Below are positions 62,261 to 64,000 of a stretch of 64,000 bases of DNA, one piece after another. The notes beneath the pieces are model-generated. The model was not told the origin of the DNA. It did not search any database and saw only the letters and a program-made list of their open reading frames with translations. A program made the translations under genes and the position numbers. The stretch is from the IMG/VR virus record IMGVR_UViG_2974630879_000001, positions 1 through 64,000 of that record. One strand, given 5' to 3'. The stretch's first letter is position 1; each line of letters opens with the position of its first letter. The DNA is from a virus. Its lineage: Duplodnaviria; Caudoviricetes.

Positions 62261-64000
62261 TTATACCTGTCCACTACGGGATAGGGCATTGAACCCAATC
62301 GCCGCTTCCACATCACCCTCTGTCTCTCCCTCCTTCCTTTTTTCGAGGAGAGCCTTGGTGATTTGTAGATCTTGGTTCCCTTCAGCCTGACTCTGCTGAC
62401 TCTGCATTTTCTCGACATGCTTGGTACCGTTGGCTTCCTTAACCGTATCCACAGTCGTAGCCTGGGCATCAGCAGCAGCTTTCTGGGTCTGAGCCTTGAC
62501 CAGATCAATTCGGGCCTGGATCTCCTGAATCTCCATCTGAGCCTTCTGCTGTTCCAGTTCCTGCATCGGGTTCGGCTGTGGCTGGTAATCCTCAATGGCC
62601 TTGGCCAAATCCGGCATACGCTTCAGCAGAGCAATCTTGCGGAGGATGATCTTGGTCATGTTGAAGTCCATGTTCGGACCAATGGTCTGAAGCATGAATC
62701 CCAGATCCTGCGCTTGAGTATTGTCTTGCTCAGGAGTTGAGACATCAACAATGCAGTCGAAGTTACCCTTGAGATCTTCTCGATTAACTTTGACGAATTC
62801 TTTATTGGTGATTCGGATGACTTCGAATTCACTCAAAAACTCTGAGTTCATCGCAATCATCTTGGCACCAATCTCTTGCATCAGCTTGGACAGGCGACGA
62901 ACGATACTTAGTTCACGCTTGCTCGATGCATCCAATACACCTCGGATACCGGCAGCCACATCACCCAAGGCACCAGAATTCAAACCATCGCCGAAGCCCT
63001 TAACACCGGACATCGACTCAGCTTCTTGGCTCTGCAATTGCAACATCACCATTGCCGACTGAGGAATCTCAGGGAAAGTGTGCTGAATCAATGCATTCGC
63101 AGGATTGTTGTTTGGGTTGTACTCATAGTCCAAACCATTGTCATAACGACGACGGTTCAATGGATCAAGCATGCCCTTAGCAATACCCTGCTGACCATTG
63201 GCACTGCGACCCATGATATCAATCATGCCTCGCATGATTGCACCCATGATCCGCTGATTATCACCTAGCAGTTCGGCATCAGGCTCACCGTATAGTTCAC
63301 GCTTCTTGGGAGAGTAGCGAACCATGACGAATGGCAGCTTGCCGTCCGGGAATGGATTCACTTCCATTCGAACGAGAATGTTACCGATCCAAGTAGCAAC
63401 AATTGGCGTTAGATTGCCATCGCCGTCAATGTCATAGAAGCCCCAGTACTCAAACGCCACGACTTTCTTACGAGCCTTGTCGTTGAACTGGAACGTATCC
63501 GGAGTGACGGTTTCATGTTCTGGATGAGTGGCGGGACTGTTGTTGTCCCAGATCACTTTTTCCAAATTCTTGTAACGCTTGCCTTCTTTCTTTAGCTCGC
63601 TGAAGCTTGTCTCGAAAGAGACAATGACAAACATTGCCTTATCAAGATCACCATTACACGATGGATCAATGATCACATTGTGTGGATTAAGCACTTCAAG
63701 AATTGGTCGATTCTCGATCAGCTTGTCAACCTTGGTGGTGACAACTCCGGTCTGTACTGCGTACGTAGCTTGTCCGCTTTCGTTGTACAGATCCACAGCA
63801 GCACGTGTAGCAGGATCGATAGATTCATTGTAACCACGTGGATTGCTTTCCTTCAGCTCAAGAGCTTGCTGCAAAGCTTGTGCTTGCTCAGCAGATTCGA
63901 TCTCAAAGTGATCGAACTCTGGAACATCTTCATTCACTTTGATGCTGTGTTGCTTCCAGCCAACACGAACAATTGCAGTGCCTTCATCAACATCGGATCG
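62261..64000 (-). CDS. Portal protein (5' end beyond the window)
   Basis: Frame stays open to the window edge; VVAFEYWGFYDIDGDG, ENPFP-like EVNPFPDGKLPFV, RSANGQ; N4 gp59 synteny. Confidence 0.9.
   Translation of the reverse strand, partial: RSDVDEGTAIVRVGWKQHSIKVNEDVPEFDHFEIESAEQAQALQQALELKESNPRGYNESIDPATRAAVDLYNESGQATYAVQTGVVTTKVDKLIENRPILEVLNPHNVIIDPSCNGDLDKAMFVIVSFETSFSELKKEGKRYKNLEKVIWDNNSPATHPEHETVTPDTFQFNDKARKKVVAFEYWGFYDIDGDGNLTPIVATWIGNILVRMEVNPFPDGKLPFVMVRYSPKKRELYGEPDAELLGDNQRIMGAIMRGMIDIMGRSANGQQGIAKGMLDPLNRRRYDNGLDYEYNPNNNPANALIQHTFPEIPQSAMVMLQLQSQEAESMSGVKGFGDGLNSGALGDVAAGIRGVLDASSKRELSIVRRLSKLMQEIGAKMIAMNSEFLSEFEVIRITNKEFVKVNREDLKGNFDCIVDVSTPEQDNTQAQDLGFMLQTIGPNMDFNMTKIILRKIALLKRMPDLAKAIEDYQPQPNPMQELEQQKAQMEIQEIQARIDLVKAQTQKAAADAQATTVDTVKEANGTKHVEKMQSQQSQAEGNQDLQITKALLEKRKEGETEGDVEAAIGFNALSRSGQV

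Noticed and set aside
1-64000. CRISPR array, integrase, reverse transcriptase/retron, DGR repeats
   Set aside because: No regularly spaced repeats and no recognisable motifs for these enzymes in the window.

Overview
The window is most of an N4-like (Schitoviridae-type) podophage genome, starting near its left end. Plus strand: early genes (gp1-like, gp2-like, two N4-type vRNAP hairpin promoters), the split RNAP II (two subunits), an Ig-domain decoration protein, HNH, AAA ATPase plus vWA metallopeptidase, dCTP deaminase, ThyX, rIIA/rIIB, helicase, family A DNA polymerase, a collagen/C1q-like fibre gene pair, exonuclease, primase, AAA protein, SSB and RuvC-like resolvase. Minus strand: the 3442-aa virion RNA polymerase, virion proteins, major capsid protein and a portal truncated by the window edge. 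The host cannot be determined from sequence alone. The outstanding feature is a 2.7-kb RNA island (17592-20295). It holds 7 canonical tRNAs, which cover only about 20% of it. The rest is almost continuously base-paired by eye: a complete hammerhead ribozyme core (17809-17858), four non-canonical NCCA-terminated tRNA-like RNAs (one an anticodon-less mimic with the G3:U70/A73 alanine identity set), and several large multibranch RNAs, one with two mutually exclusive helix sets. A second structured non-coding leader lies at 14891-15135. All structures were folded by eye and all family assignments come from recognised motifs; no searches were run.
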